From NCBI GenBank assembly GCA_965217585.1, contig OZ244561.1, positions 4,704,001-4,768,000 on the forward strand: DNA of 64,000 nt, in the 5' to 3' direction. The stretch's first letter is position 1; the number at the start of each line of letters is the position of its first letter. The translations under genes and the position numbers were made by a program. Shown in pieces: positions 39,114 to 48,656 of the stretch. Origin of the DNA: Candidatus Latescibacterota bacterium (GTDB lineage: Bacteria; Latescibacterota; UBA2968; UBA8231). Below the pieces are notes generated by a model. The model saw only the letters and a list, made by a program, of their open reading frames with translations, searched no databases and was not told the origin of the DNA.

Positions 39114-41078
39114 TCAACCCCAGAATATCACGTTCCAAGTCATGCCGGTGAAGTGATCGATAATCAGATAGAAACCGCCGGGGGTGAAATAGCCGAGGAT
39201 CATCCCCATGAAAAAGGGCCTCGTCTTCAGATAGAGCCGCACGCCCCCGTATTTGAGCACGAGCACCTTGACCCCCCAAGCGATGAACATATTGAACCAC
39301 AGGTGGTCCATGATCCAGATCGGCCCAATCACGTAGCCCAGCGGATGCAGGGGCCACCAGGCGTAGAGCCAGCGCATGACCATCAACCCGGTCATAATCG
39401 CCGCACCAATCCCCATATTGACCCAGCCCCAGCCGTATAAATCGGTCGGCGTGCGGATGAGTTTCTCCACATAGCCGTAGTTGCCGCCTCCCCAGAGCCA
39501 CAAGTTGATCGCTCCGTACTTGTGGCTGAGTAGCATCACCATCCACAATGCCGCGCCCATGGCTACGACCAGCGCCAGCACGATGATCCAAAAGAGCGGC
39601 CGGCGATTGCGCCCCAATTCCTCGCCTAGCCGCAAACTGTTGGCGCAGGAGACCATGACGAAATTGCGTCCGGTGGTCCACAGGAAGGTCGTCGCCAGCA
39701 CGACTAGACCTTGGGAACCGATGACCGACGAACCCACCGCGGACACTAAAATCCCCACTGGTACTACCGGCGGCGAGCCGTCCGAGAGCCCGCCCTCGGC
39801 CACCACCCGCGAATAGCCAAAGATGATGACGACGCCGAGGAAGAGAATGGCCAGCCCGAAAGTCAGCGGCAGCCCGGCCAGCCACAGCCAACCTACTATC
39901 GTCAGACAAGAGGCTATCAGCATGATCAGGGCCGCGCGGTAGGAGAGAATCTCGTCGCTGTCGTCAATGCTCTCGTCGCCTTTGACGGCCTTGCGCCACA
40001 CGCCCTTTAGATGCTTGCGCGCCGTCCAGATGCCGCCTAAAAAGAGCACGAGAATCGCGCCCATCGACTGGTAGGCCAAAAAGGGGTCGTGTACCGCGTG
40101 GCCGGCCCTCCCCGTCTCACTACTAATCACGCCCAGAATGCCAAAAATGCCGCGCACCGCAAAAGAGAGCAGGTTGAAAAACCACAGGCTGAAGGCAATA
40201 TCGGTCTTGAGAAAATAGAAGAAGCCGATGATGTTGAAGCGCAGTGCGACATATAGGTCGGCTGTGCGGCGGAAAACCGGCACATCCATGCGTATTGGAT
40301 CGACGTTCTGGGCGATGGGAATGATCTCGGGAAAGTAGTTGTACAGCCCGTGCAATGTGCCCCAGAGCGCGGGGATGGCAAAACCGGCCCACATGATGGG
40401 GTTTTTGAAGAAGGGACTTAGCTTTTGGTCGTCTTCACCCTCCTCGGTCATCGCTAGTGGCACCTGCATCAGCGGATAGATCAGCCGCTCGTGCTGGATC
40501 CACTGTTTGCGCAGGATCGCCATGAAGGAAATCATCATTAGGAAGAGAGCGCAGATAAAGGGCGTCCACACCCCGATGATTGTGCGCCAGACTTCCCAAG
40601 GAATCGCTTCGTCCCGTCCACTGCCCTCGTAGAACTTGCGGACGGTCTCCACGTCGTGGACCATCAGCCAGTCGGGGATATAGGGGTGGATCAGTTGCCG
40701 CCACTCGTTTTCGGCGGTGGCGTAGTAGAAGGGGTAGCTAATGGCGCTGAGGAACTTGCCGACGAAGAGGGTCGGGATCGGCGAGGCCATTACCATCATA
40801 GCATAGACGACCAGCAGTTCGCGCCGATTTAACCCCAATCGCGGGTGTATAAGTTTGAGCAGGGGATTAATAAAAAGGGTCAGCAGAAAAAGGATAAACA
40901 CCGCCCCAGGCATACTGGTGCCCAAGGCCATAAAAGAGCCGTGTAGATAGAGGGTTCCGTAGGCGGCCCCGGCCGACACGCTGAAGGCCCCGGCGCATCC
41001 GACTAGCACGGATTTGACGGTAAAAGCCGGTACTGCGTTTGCCTCCTTAGGCGCTGTCCGCTCGGGTGTTGTAGACAT
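39114..41078 (-). CDS. DUF6785/DUF6784-type polytopic membrane protein (OPT-like putative transporter)
   Basis: Many TM segments, LRKQW..HERLIYPL, WWPLHPLGY and KYGG..LY....PFF.G.ILG. Confidence 0.75.
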   Translation of the reverse strand: MSTTPERTAPKEANAVPAFTVKSVLVGCAGAFSVSAGAAYGTLYLHGSFMALGTSMPGAVFILFLLTLFINPLLKLIHPRLGLNRRELLVVYAMMVMASPIPTLFVGKFLSAISYPFYYATAENEWRQLIHPYIPDWLMVHDVETVRKFYEGSGRDEAIPWEVWRTIIGVWTPFICALFLMMISFMAILRKQWIQHERLIYPLMQVPLAMTEEGEDDQKLSPFFKNPIMWAGFAIPALWGTLHGLYNYFPEIIPIAQNVDPIRMDVPVFRRTADLYVALRFNIIGFFYFLKTDIAFSLWFFNLLSFAVRGIFGILGVISSETGRAGHAVHDPFLAYQSMGAILVLFLGGIWTARKHLKGVWRKAVKGDESIDDSDEILSYRAALIMLIASCLTIVGWLWLAGLPLTFGLAILFLGVVIIFGYSRVVAEGGLSDGSPPVVPVGILVSAVGSSVIGSQGLVVLATTFLWTTGRNFVMVSCANSLRLGEELGRNRRPLFWIIVLALVVAMGAALWMVMLLSHKYGAINLWLWGGGNYGYVEKLIRTPTDLYGWGWVNMGIGAAIMTGLMVMRWLYAWWPLHPLGYVIGPIWIMDHLWFNMFIAWGVKVLVLKYGGVRLYLKTRPFFMGMILGYFTPGGFYLIIDHFTGMTWNVIFWG

Positions 41079-41099
41079 TAGCTAGCTAGCGCAGAAGGA

Positions 41100-41915
41100 T
41101 CAGCCATAAAACCTAGCAACCAATTCGGCCGGCTTGCCATCTACCGTCGCCGGATCCAGCGCCTGTGCGCCGAAGACCACGGGAAAGGTTTGGCCGGTGT
41201 CCCGGGTGCGGGTCTCAGCATCCATATAGGTTGCGCTGAAAGCGCGGCGGGCCGACGCGGTGGAGTTGGGCCCCGAGCGATGCAACAGAAAATTGTGTAG
41301 TAGAATGGCCTCCCCTGCCTCGGCTTCCAAATTGATCACCGCCTCCGGGGGCGTGTATTGGGCCTCTTGCTCGGCGGGGAGAAAGTGCCGCTCGTTGATT
41401 ATGCCGTGCTTGTTGCTACCCGGCGCGATCTGCATGCAGCCGGTGGCTGTGGTCGCGTCGTCGAGCGCCGTCCACACCGTGACGATGGGATTGGTGTCGA
41501 TGCCCCAGCCAATCCCCACGTCCTGATGCCAGGGCAGTTCCCGACGGAGTTCGGGCGGTTTGTTCATAAACATCGAGCGGAAGACCGAGATCTCCTCGCC
41601 GATGTAGCGGCGGGCAATCTGGTGGAAGAGCGGATGCTGGATATAGGCGAGAAAAAGCGGATCCTGCTCTAGGTCGTCGATGCGCCGGTACGCGAGCGTC
41701 TGCACCTCGTTGCCCATGGTGCGGCGCACTTCGCCGTCTTCTTCGACGACCTGCAAGCGCATGTGCTGGTAGCGGACGCGGCCCAGCATGATGTCGTCGA
41801 TGCGCTGCTGCAAGGCGGCCAATTCGTCCGGGGACAGGACGTTGCCCAGCCGCAGGTAGCCTTGATCCATGAACTGCTCGTGATGCGCATCGTCAAAGGT
41901 GGAAAGAGCTTGCAT
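41100..41915 (-). CDS. phytanoyl-CoA dioxygenase (PhyH) family
   Basis: PWHQD, VWTALDDA....GC....PGS and LLHRSGPN....RRA motifs. Confidence 0.92.
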   Translation of the reverse strand: MQALSTFDDAHHEQFMDQGYLRLGNVLSPDELAALQQRIDDIMLGRVRYQHMRLQVVEEDGEVRRTMGNEVQTLAYRRIDDLEQDPLFLAYIQHPLFHQIARRYIGEEISVFRSMFMNKPPELRRELPWHQDVGIGWGIDTNPIVTVWTALDDATTATGCMQIAPGSNKHGIINERHFLPAEQEAQYTPPEAVINLEAEAGEAILLHNFLLHRSGPNSTASARRAFSATYMDAETRTRDTGQTFPVVFGAQALDPATVDGKPAELVARFYG

Positions 41916-41987
41916 AATGTGGTCTCCTTTTTTGGTGGCAGGGGTATAATACAATGTCTAGGGTGCGCTCGTGCAACGCCGCTGCGA

Positions 41988-43589
41988 TCAAGGCTCGTGT
42001 ACGGTCAGGAGCTGGTCGGCGGCGATGTCTTGCAAGCGCTGCACGGTACCGCTGGGCCAGCGGATTTCCACTTCATCTACGCGGGTGCGGTCTCCCAGCC
42101 CGAAAAAGGGGCGCAGCGCGCTTTGGCACATGTAGCTCGATCCGGCGCGCACCACGTCCGACCGCACCCAGTCGCCCGCGGCGACGCGGACCTCGGCTCC
42201 GACGAAGTCCCCGACCAACCGCAAGCTCAAATAGTGCTGGGCATTGCCGCCGTCGTTGCGCAAGAGCGCAGCTGCTTGATTGTTGTTGGCTACTGTGATG
42301 TCGAGGTCGCCGTCGTTGTCGTAATCGCCCATAGCCGCGCCGCGGCTCACTTGCTGCAACCGCAGGCCCGGCCCCACCTGATTGCTCACGTCGGCAAAGC
42401 GCCCTTGGCCCTCGTTGCGGAAGAGTTGGTTTTGCTGTGCGTACGTCACGGCGTCGAACAGGTGGATGTTGTCGTCGAGGTGACCGTTGGCGACAAACAG
42501 GTCGCGGTCGCCGTCGTTGTCGTAGTCGATGAAGAGGGTGCCCCAGGCGAGGAACTGCAAGCTGGGAACCCCTAGCCCGGACTGGAAGGTCACGTCGGCG
42601 AAAAACCCGTTGCCGAGGTTGCGGTACAGGCTGTTGGTTTCCCATTGGTAGTTGGTGACGAAGAAGTCGAATCGGCCGTCGCCGTCGTAGTCGCCCACGT
42701 CAACCCCCATGCCGGCCAGCGGCTTGCCCGCGTCGTTGTAGGCGACCCCAGCCAAAGCGCCGACTTCGGCAAAGCGACCGCCGTCGTTGCGGTAGAGCAA
42801 GTTGGGGGTGCGGTCGCCGGCCGCGTACAAGTCGAGATCGCCGTCTGAATCGTAGTCGATGAAAAAGGCCCCTAATTCCTTGGCCGCATCTGACAGCAAC
42901 CCGGCTTCCTCGGTGACATCGACAAAAGTAGCGTCGCCTTCGTTGCGATAAAAGACATCGCGCTGCGGCTCAAAGGCCTCCGGCCCGCAGTACACTGCAA
43001 TCCCGCCGGAGCGGATGCAGGGCTCGTGTATTTCGGGACGAAACTTAGCGTAATTGGCCACGAAGAAGTCCAAGTCGCCGTCTAAATCGTAGTCGGCAAA
43101 GGCCGCGCCCGTACTCATCGCCGGATTGACTAGCTCTGGCCCGGCGACGCCGGCTTGGTCGGTTGCATCAGTGAATTGGCCTGTGGCCCCGTTGCGGTAG
43201 AGGGTATTGGGGCCGTACGCGGTGATGTACAAGTCCAAGTCGCCGTCTGAATCGTAGTCGGCCGCAGCACAGCCCAACCCGTAGCCCGGATCAGCCACAC
43301 CAGCCTCGTTGGTTGCATCGGTGAATTGGCCGGCGCTCGCGTTGCGGTAGAGCGCACTCGGGCCGGCGCTGTTGACGAAGTACAGGTCGAGCCACCCGTC
43401 GCCATCGTAGTCGAAAAAGGCCGTGCCCGAGCCCATGGTTTCCATTGGATACTTTTGCCCTTCGGCCCCGTTCTGGTGGCGAAAAGCGATTCCGGCCTCG
43501 GCCGCCACCTCGACAAACTGCACCTCGGCGCGGCCTAGCGCAGCCCACAGGCACGCCAAGGCGGCTCCTAAGAGGGCGCGCTGCGTCAC
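41988..43589 (-). CDS. secreted CRTAC1/ASPIC-UnbV family protein
   Basis: Signal peptide, ETMGSG.AFFDYDGDG, multiple FG-GAP repeats and GSSY...FGLG...IRWPSG. Confidence 0.92.
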   Translation of the reverse strand: MTQRALLGAALACLWAALGRAEVQFVEVAAEAGIAFRHQNGAEGQKYPMETMGSGTAFFDYDGDGWLDLYFVNSAGPSALYRNASAGQFTDATNEAGVADPGYGLGCAAADYDSDGDLDLYITAYGPNTLYRNGATGQFTDATDQAGVAGPELVNPAMSTGAAFADYDLDGDLDFFVANYAKFRPEIHEPCIRSGGIAVYCGPEAFEPQRDVFYRNEGDATFVDVTEEAGLLSDAAKELGAFFIDYDSDGDLDLYAAGDRTPNLLYRNDGGRFAEVGALAGVAYNDAGKPLAGMGVDVGDYDGDGRFDFFVTNYQWETNSLYRNLGNGFFADVTFQSGLGVPSLQFLAWGTLFIDYDNDGDRDLFVANGHLDDNIHLFDAVTYAQQNQLFRNEGQGRFADVSNQVGPGLRLQQVSRGAAMGDYDNDGDLDITVANNNQAAALLRNDGGNAQHYLSLRLVGDFVGAEVRVAAGDWVRSDVVRAGSSYMCQSALRPFFGLGDRTRVDEVEIRWPSGTVQRLQDIAADQLLTVHEP

Positions 43590-43765
43590 TCGCGTTCGGA
43601 ATCAGCGGCGGCTTCGCTGGCCCCGCGGCCGGCGGCCATGTTGCGGATCATCTTGACCACATCGCCAAAGCCCTTGTAGGCCACGGCGACGACAATGGCG
43701 TAAAAGAGGACGCTGGCGGCGATAAAGACGAATTGCCATAAGACTTTCCAAGTTTCGACGTCCAT
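43586..43765 (-). CDS. small single-TM membrane protein (59 aa) downstream of the symporter; not in the ORF track
   Basis: MDVETWKVLWQFVFIAASVLFYAIVVAVAYKGFGDVVKMIRNMAAGRGASEAAADSERE. Fills the gap, has a GGAG SD, and its TGA overlaps the next GTG. Confidence 0.8.
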   Translation of the reverse strand: MDVETWKVLWQFVFIAASVLFYAIVVAVAYKGFGDVVKMIRNMAAGRGASEAAADSERE

Positions 43766-43769
43766 TACA

Positions 43770-45311
43770 CTACTCCATTTCGCTAAAGTCTAAAGGGCGC
43801 GGTGGGTGCGAGCGCTGCGTGAGCGAGGCGACGACCAGCATGGCGAGGCCGCCCAAGGCTAGGCTGGTAATCCCGACGAGGTTGGAGCTTTCGACCAGCG
43901 GCAACAAAAACTCGGGCACCAAGTGCTGGTTTTCGTTCATAATCAGGAAGTTGAGCGGCACCAGCGCGCCCAGTATCAGCGCACAGTACGCACCCGGGGT
44001 ATTGGCCTTTTTCCAGTACAGCCCCAAGGCCACGGTGCCGACGCAGCCGGCGAAATAGATGGTGCCGGTGACGTACATAAAGCGGAAGGCCGTCTCGGGA
44101 AGCTGGTAGAGCGCGCCGAAGATGGCCAAGAAGGCGGCGAGGATGACGACGATGGCTCGGGTCCAGTAGATCTCGCGCTCGCTCGACAGCCCTCCCCAGG
44201 TGCCGTCGGCCTCGCGCTCGCCGCCCGACTTGGCGAGCATGGCCTTGATCGGCGAGATCACGTCGCGGACGATGACGCCGCTCCAGGCCAGCAGGTAGCT
44301 GTCGTGGGTGGACATGAAGGCGGCGAACATCCCGGCCATGAGCAGGCCGGCGATGCCGATGGGCAGGATTTTGCCGAGCATTTCGGGCATGGCGTAGTGG
44401 GGGTCGAGCTCGGGGTTGCCAAAATAGGCCAGCGCGGCGATGCCCCAAAACATCGGTACCATCGCCCGCCCCATGACCGTGCCCGCGGCGATCCAGAACA
44501 CGCGCCGGGCCACCCTGGGGCTTTCGGCACTCAGCGGCCGCATCATTTCGGGTTGCCAGACCACGCCGACCAAGCCGACGCAGAATAGAAATAAGATCAT
44601 TGAGATGCCGTAGCCGGGGTTGGCTATGGGGTCAAAGCCGATGTCGCCTTTGTGAACCTCGACGGCCTGGACCATGGTGTCCCAGCCGAGCTGTGGGTGA
44701 TTGAGAATTATATACGTGCCAAAGAAAAATCCCAGCGACAACAGCACAAACTGGGCGAAGTCCGTCAGTACCACCGAGACCATGCCGCCCATCAGCGTGT
44801 AGAAGACGACGATGAGCAACATGCCGATCATGACGTAGTTGACGTATTCCTTGTCGAGGCCAGTGAAGCCAACGACGAACTTGCTGCCGAGGATGGGAAA
44901 CAGCCCCATGTTGAGGGTGCCGGCGAGGGTGAGGATGATGCCGCCGAGCAGGCGCACGCCGCGCGTGTACTTGAGTTCGTAGAACTCGGGCACGGTCATC
45001 ACCTGCAGATGGCGCAGGCGACTGACGATAAAGCCAGTGCGGCCGATGATCAGGGTGGTGATCAGCGCCATGAGGCCAAAGACGAAGGGCACGAAGCCGT
45101 ATTTGAAACCCTCCTCGGCCATGTACATGACCGTGACCAGCCCAAGGCCGGTCGAGACCATGGTGGCGACGGCCATGTGGGTTTTGAGGCCGCGGCCGGC
45201 GACGAGGAAGTCGGAGATGCCCTTGATGGCACCACGGGCCAACGTGCCAGCGACGATGGTACCGCCGACATAGACGAGGACGATGGCGTAGTCAATCCAG
45301 CTCAGGTGCAT
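43770..45311 (-). CDS. sodium:solute symporter (SSS) family
   Basis: DFLVAGR, MTVPEFY, YTLMGGM.SV..TD..Q and AAFMST motifs; about 13 TM segments. Confidence 0.93.
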   Translation of the reverse strand: MHLSWIDYAIVLVYVGGTIVAGTLARGAIKGISDFLVAGRGLKTHMAVATMVSTGLGLVTVMYMAEEGFKYGFVPFVFGLMALITTLIIGRTGFIVSRLRHLQVMTVPEFYELKYTRGVRLLGGIILTLAGTLNMGLFPILGSKFVVGFTGLDKEYVNYVMIGMLLIVVFYTLMGGMVSVVLTDFAQFVLLSLGFFFGTYIILNHPQLGWDTMVQAVEVHKGDIGFDPIANPGYGISMILFLFCVGLVGVVWQPEMMRPLSAESPRVARRVFWIAAGTVMGRAMVPMFWGIAALAYFGNPELDPHYAMPEMLGKILPIGIAGLLMAGMFAAFMSTHDSYLLAWSGVIVRDVISPIKAMLAKSGGEREADGTWGGLSSEREIYWTRAIVVILAAFLAIFGALYQLPETAFRFMYVTGTIYFAGCVGTVALGLYWKKANTPGAYCALILGALVPLNFLIMNENQHLVPEFLLPLVESSNLVGITSLALGGLAMLVVASLTQRSHPPRPLDFSEME

Positions 45312-45515
45312 GCGTTCTCCTGTGGTGTGGTAAATGGGCGGGTAAACGAACGCGCTAATATAACGCCTAGGCCGTGCCTGTTAAACCCTGCCGCCTCATT
45401 TTGACAAGGGCAGTCGAAGCTGTTAATTGGGAGGTGGATTGTCCTTGGGAGCACGGGTGTCTCGCCCGAAGCGTTGGAATGCTAGGCGTCCATTGGATGC
45501 AAAAGGAGAAATTCC

Positions 45516-46601
45516 ATGGCGGAAAGAAGTATCGCAGAGGCTTTAGCGGATGAGGGGGCGGTGTTATGCACGCCCGATGGTCAGCGGCTGGTGTTCCCCG
45601 GCTGCCACGCCAAGCGCGTATCGGCGGCTGAGATCGAAACGTACGAAGGGCGCTTTGAGTATTGGGACGGGCCGACCGAAACTCTGATTGTGGCCGACGA
45701 TGACGTGGGCATCGTCAGTGCCGATCACGAGCTGCCAGCGCAGTATCTGGCGCAGCTAACCCAACAGCTCGCCGATGAGTGCGGGGCGCATTTCATGGCG
45801 TTTGGCACTACGAGCATCTGGCGGCTGGACGACGAGGGCCGCTACGAGGCCATTTTGCGACCCGATCAGTTCATCTACTTGCGTCCGCACGAGGCTTGGC
45901 TGCCGGATCACCTAGGGCTGAAGTTGGGCATTCACTCCCTGCCGGACGTGGTTTTGGAAGTAGATCACACTACGGATATTCGGCAGAGCAAGTTGCAAAA
46001 GTATCAGGCATGGGGGTTCCCGGAGTTGTGGGTGGAGGTGCCGGAGGCGTTTACGCCGTATCGCCGGGCGGGTGCGCCGGGGCTGAGGATTCGCGTGTGG
46101 GAGGATGGGCGTTATCGGCAGGTGGAGGCGAGCCGGGCGTTTGTGGGCTGGACCGCGGCCGAGATTCACGCGGCACTGAACGAGCGGGAGGGCTGGTCGG
46201 CGGCGACGATTGACGCCTTGCTGCGCGTGGCCAAGGACCTGACCAAGCAGTTGGACACGGCTGGTCCAGAGGGTTCGGCGCGGTTGTCGAGGCACCGCAC
46301 CGAAGGACGTGCCCAAGGGTATGCCGCAGGTCGGGAGCAGGGCCGCGCTGAGGGTCATGCCGCAGGTCGGGAGCAGGGTCGCGTCGAGGGTCATGCCGCA
46401 GGTCGGGAGCAGGGTCGCGTCGAGGGCGAGCGGGCGTTGTTGTGCCGCCTAGCGGCGCAAAGGTTTGGCGACGAGGTGGCGGCGAGTTTGGGGGAACTCT
46501 TGGAGGGCTGGGCGAGCGAGGATTTGGTGCGCGTGGGCGATTGGATCGTCGAGTGCGCCAGCGGCGACGAGTTGCTGCGGCGGGTGCGGGAGAAGGGCTA
46601 G
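45516..46601 (+). CDS. Uma2-like nuclease domain fused to an Rpn/DUF4351-like C-terminus
   Basis: RPDQ, LPDVVLEVDHTT and KL.KY..WGFPELW, then EGR/EQG repeats and LL.RLA..RFG...ECASGDELL. Confidence 0.75.
   Translation: MAERSIAEALADEGAVLCTPDGQRLVFPGCHAKRVSAAEIETYEGRFEYWDGPTETLIVADDDVGIVSADHELPAQYLAQLTQQLADECGAHFMAFGTTSIWRLDDEGRYEAILRPDQFIYLRPHEAWLPDHLGLKLGIHSLPDVVLEVDHTTDIRQSKLQKYQAWGFPELWVEVPEAFTPYRRAGAPGLRIRVWEDGRYRQVEASRAFVGWTAAEIHAALNEREGWSAATIDALLRVAKDLTKQLDTAGPEGSARLSRHRTEGRAQGYAAGREQGRAEGHAAGREQGRVEGHAAGREQGRVEGERALLCRLAAQRFGDEVAASLGELLEGWASEDLVRVGDWIVECASGDELLRRVREKG
46321..46426 (+). repeat. coding tandem repeat, 36 bp x about 3
   Basis: ATGCCGCAGGTCGGGAGCAGGGTCGCGTCGAGGGTC at 46321, 46357 and 46393. 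Confidence 0.9.
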
Positions 46602-46617
46602 ACTTTAGGAGAAGAAA

Positions 46618-47037
46618 ATGACGAAAATCGCGCAATGTATGTTGTTGGTCGCGGCCCTGTTGTGGGCTGGTTGTGGGGGCGATGACTCGACGATGGGGAC
46701 GGACGAGAGCGAGGGCCGTCGCACGGAAGCTACCCTCGCCGAGGTCAGCCAAGTATTTGCGGTTAGTTGCGCCCTTTCGGGCTGCCACAGCGGCGGGGAG
46801 CCCCAAGCCGGTTTGTCGCTGGAGGGCGACTTTGCCGCGCGCATCGTCGGCGTCGCCAGCGGTCAGCGGCCCGATCTCAAGCTCGTCGATCCGGGGAATC
46901 CCAATAAGTCGTACCTGCTGATAAAGGTGCGCGGCGATGACGAGATTGTCAGTCAGCAAATGCCGCCGGGCAATCCGTTGCCCGCAGAGCAGGTGGAGAT
47001 AATCCGTGCGTGGATCGCTAGCGGAGCGAAAGAGTAA
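46618..47037 (+). CDS. lipoprotein with atypical c-type cytochrome motif (CxxxxCH)
   Basis: Lipobox LWAGC, CALSGCH, VDPGNP..SYL..K, MPP and WI..GA (Planctomycete-cytochrome-like). Confidence 0.75.
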   Translation: MTKIAQCMLLVAALLWAGCGGDDSTMGTDESEGRRTEATLAEVSQVFAVSCALSGCHSGGEPQAGLSLEGDFAARIVGVASGQRPDLKLVDPGNPNKSYLLIKVRGDDEIVSQQMPPGNPLPAEQVEIIRAWIASGAKE

Positions 47038-48080
47038 TGCCGGTCTTTTCTTCAGCGTCCTTAATCGAAACCACCGCCTCCATTTTTGCCGCGGCAGGAA
47101 TGCGCGCTGACGAGGCACGCGTGGTCGCCGAATTGCTCGTCGAGGCCAATCTCGTCGGCCACGACTCGCACGGCGTCATTCGCATCCCCCAATACTTGGG
47201 CCAAGTCGAAGCTGGTGACATTGTGCCAGACGCCGCGGTCGAAATCGTTCACGAGGCTCCGACGCTCGCCGTGCTCGACGCGCATTGGGGCTTTGGGCAG
47301 GTGGCGATGAGTCGCGGCGTGGACCTCGGCTTGGAGAAGGCGCGGGCCACGGGCATGGCCGCTATCTCCGTCCGCCAAGCCAATCACATCGGCCGCCTTG
47401 GCAGCTACGTGGAGCGGATTGCCGAGGACACGGCTATTGCTCTGATGTTCGTCAATGGTGCGCCAGTTTGCCGCATGGCTCCGTGGGGTGGGCGCGAAGC
47501 CCGGCACGGCACCAATCCAATCGCCATGGCGTTTCCGTCGCGCAGCGGTCCGCCGGTCGTCCTCGACATGACCACGTCGGCGGTGGCCGAGGGCAAGGTG
47601 CGGGTGCAGCGCAATCGCGGTGCCGAGGTGCCCGACGGCTGGCTTATCGACGCCGAGGGACAGCCGACCAACGACCCCCATACCTTGTATGCCGATCCGC
47701 CCGGCACTATTCTGCCCTTGGGCGGCAGTCTCGGCCACAAGGGCTACGGCCTCAACGTGGCGGTCGAACTGTTGGCTGGCGCGTTGGCCGGTGCCGGCTG
47801 CATAGGCCAAGATCGGCCCTTCCGCAACGGGGCCATGTTGTTGGTGCTCGACGTGGAAAAGCTGGTGGGGTTAGACGCCTATTTTGCCGAGGCTGACACG
47901 TACATCGCGTTCGTCAAGTCTGCGGCTACTGCACCGGGAGTCGAGGCAATTTTGATGCCCGGGGACAGCGAGCGGGCGATGGCGGAGAAGCGGAAGGTGG
48001 AGGGGATCTTCATAGAGGACGAGACGTGGTCGCAGATTGTGGCGAGTGCGGCGAAGGTGGGGGTTGAGGTTAATGTGTAG
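47037..48080 (+). CDS. Ldh_2 family oxidoreductase (malate/L-sulfolactate/ureidoglycolate dehydrogenase-like)
   Basis: GHDSHGV.R, NHIGRLG, GTNPIA, LDMTTS and GHKGYGL motifs. Confidence 0.93.
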   Translation: MPVFSSASLIETTASIFAAAGMRADEARVVAELLVEANLVGHDSHGVIRIPQYLGQVEAGDIVPDAAVEIVHEAPTLAVLDAHWGFGQVAMSRGVDLGLEKARATGMAAISVRQANHIGRLGSYVERIAEDTAIALMFVNGAPVCRMAPWGGREARHGTNPIAMAFPSRSGPPVVLDMTTSAVAEGKVRVQRNRGAEVPDGWLIDAEGQPTNDPHTLYADPPGTILPLGGSLGHKGYGLNVAVELLAGALAGAGCIGQDRPFRNGAMLLVLDVEKLVGLDAYFAEADTYIAFVKSAATAPGVEAILMPGDSERAMAEKRKVEGIFIEDETWSQIVASAAKVGVEVNV

Positions 48081-48198
48081 GTGGCTTGCTGGCGCTCGGA
48101 ACGCTGACCTTGCTGAAACTCGACAGCACCCGCTAAGCAACTTAAATTCGGTTCGCGTATCAAGAGAAAGTAAAACCGGGGAAAGGAAAGGAGATGGT

Positions 48199-48429
48199 AT
48201 GACGGATCGCTTGGAGGAAGTCTATGAAAAATATGTCAAACCGTTGCCTACCGTTGAACGCTTGCGCTTGTTGGAAATGACGGCTCATGATTTGGCCCTC
48301 ACCGCTCCACTGGCCCCCAAAAAACGGCGTATTCTGGAACTGCGTGGATTAGGCAAAGAAATTTGGCAAGGGATAGATGCCCAAACATATGTCGATGGTC
48401 TTCGTGAAGAATGGGACCATCAACCGTGA
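48199..48429 (+). CDS. putative antitoxin of a PIN-type TA system (no directly adjacent toxin)
   Basis: 76 aa, ILELRGLGKEIWQGIDAQTYV..LREEW C-terminus, AAGGAG SD. Confidence 0.65.
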   Translation: MTDRLEEVYEKYVKPLPTVERLRLLEMTAHDLALTAPLAPKKRRILELRGLGKEIWQGIDAQTYVDGLREEWDHQP

Positions 48430-48447
48430 TCCTAAGGAGAATAAAAA

Positions 48448-48654
48448 ATGATAGATTCCAGAATGCTGCGGGAAATTCAAGGAGCACCGGTCGAAGAGCG
48501 CCTTCATTTGATTGAGATCATTCTCCAGTCTCTCAAGAAGGACATAGAAACAACCTCGCCTGCACCTAAAAAAATGTTCACTGTGCGTAAATTTAGTTTG
48601 GGTGCAGAGGTCCATGCAGACCGCAATCAATTGTATAACGAGCGAACAATCTGA
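48448..48654 (+). CDS. putative antitoxin
   Basis: 68 aa, AAGGAG SD, PVEERL.LIE.I..SL helix pattern. Ends 2 nt before the PIN gene. Confidence 0.65.
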   Translation: MIDSRMLREIQGAPVEERLHLIEIILQSLKKDIETTSPAPKKMFTVRKFSLGAEVHADRNQLYNERTI

Positions 48655-48656
48655 TT

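Noticed and set aside
45401-45430. TTGACA upstream of the Uma2-fusion gene as a promoter
   Set aside because: The -35 is perfect but the -10 at proper spacing is poor (TAATTG), so it cannot be supported without TSS data.
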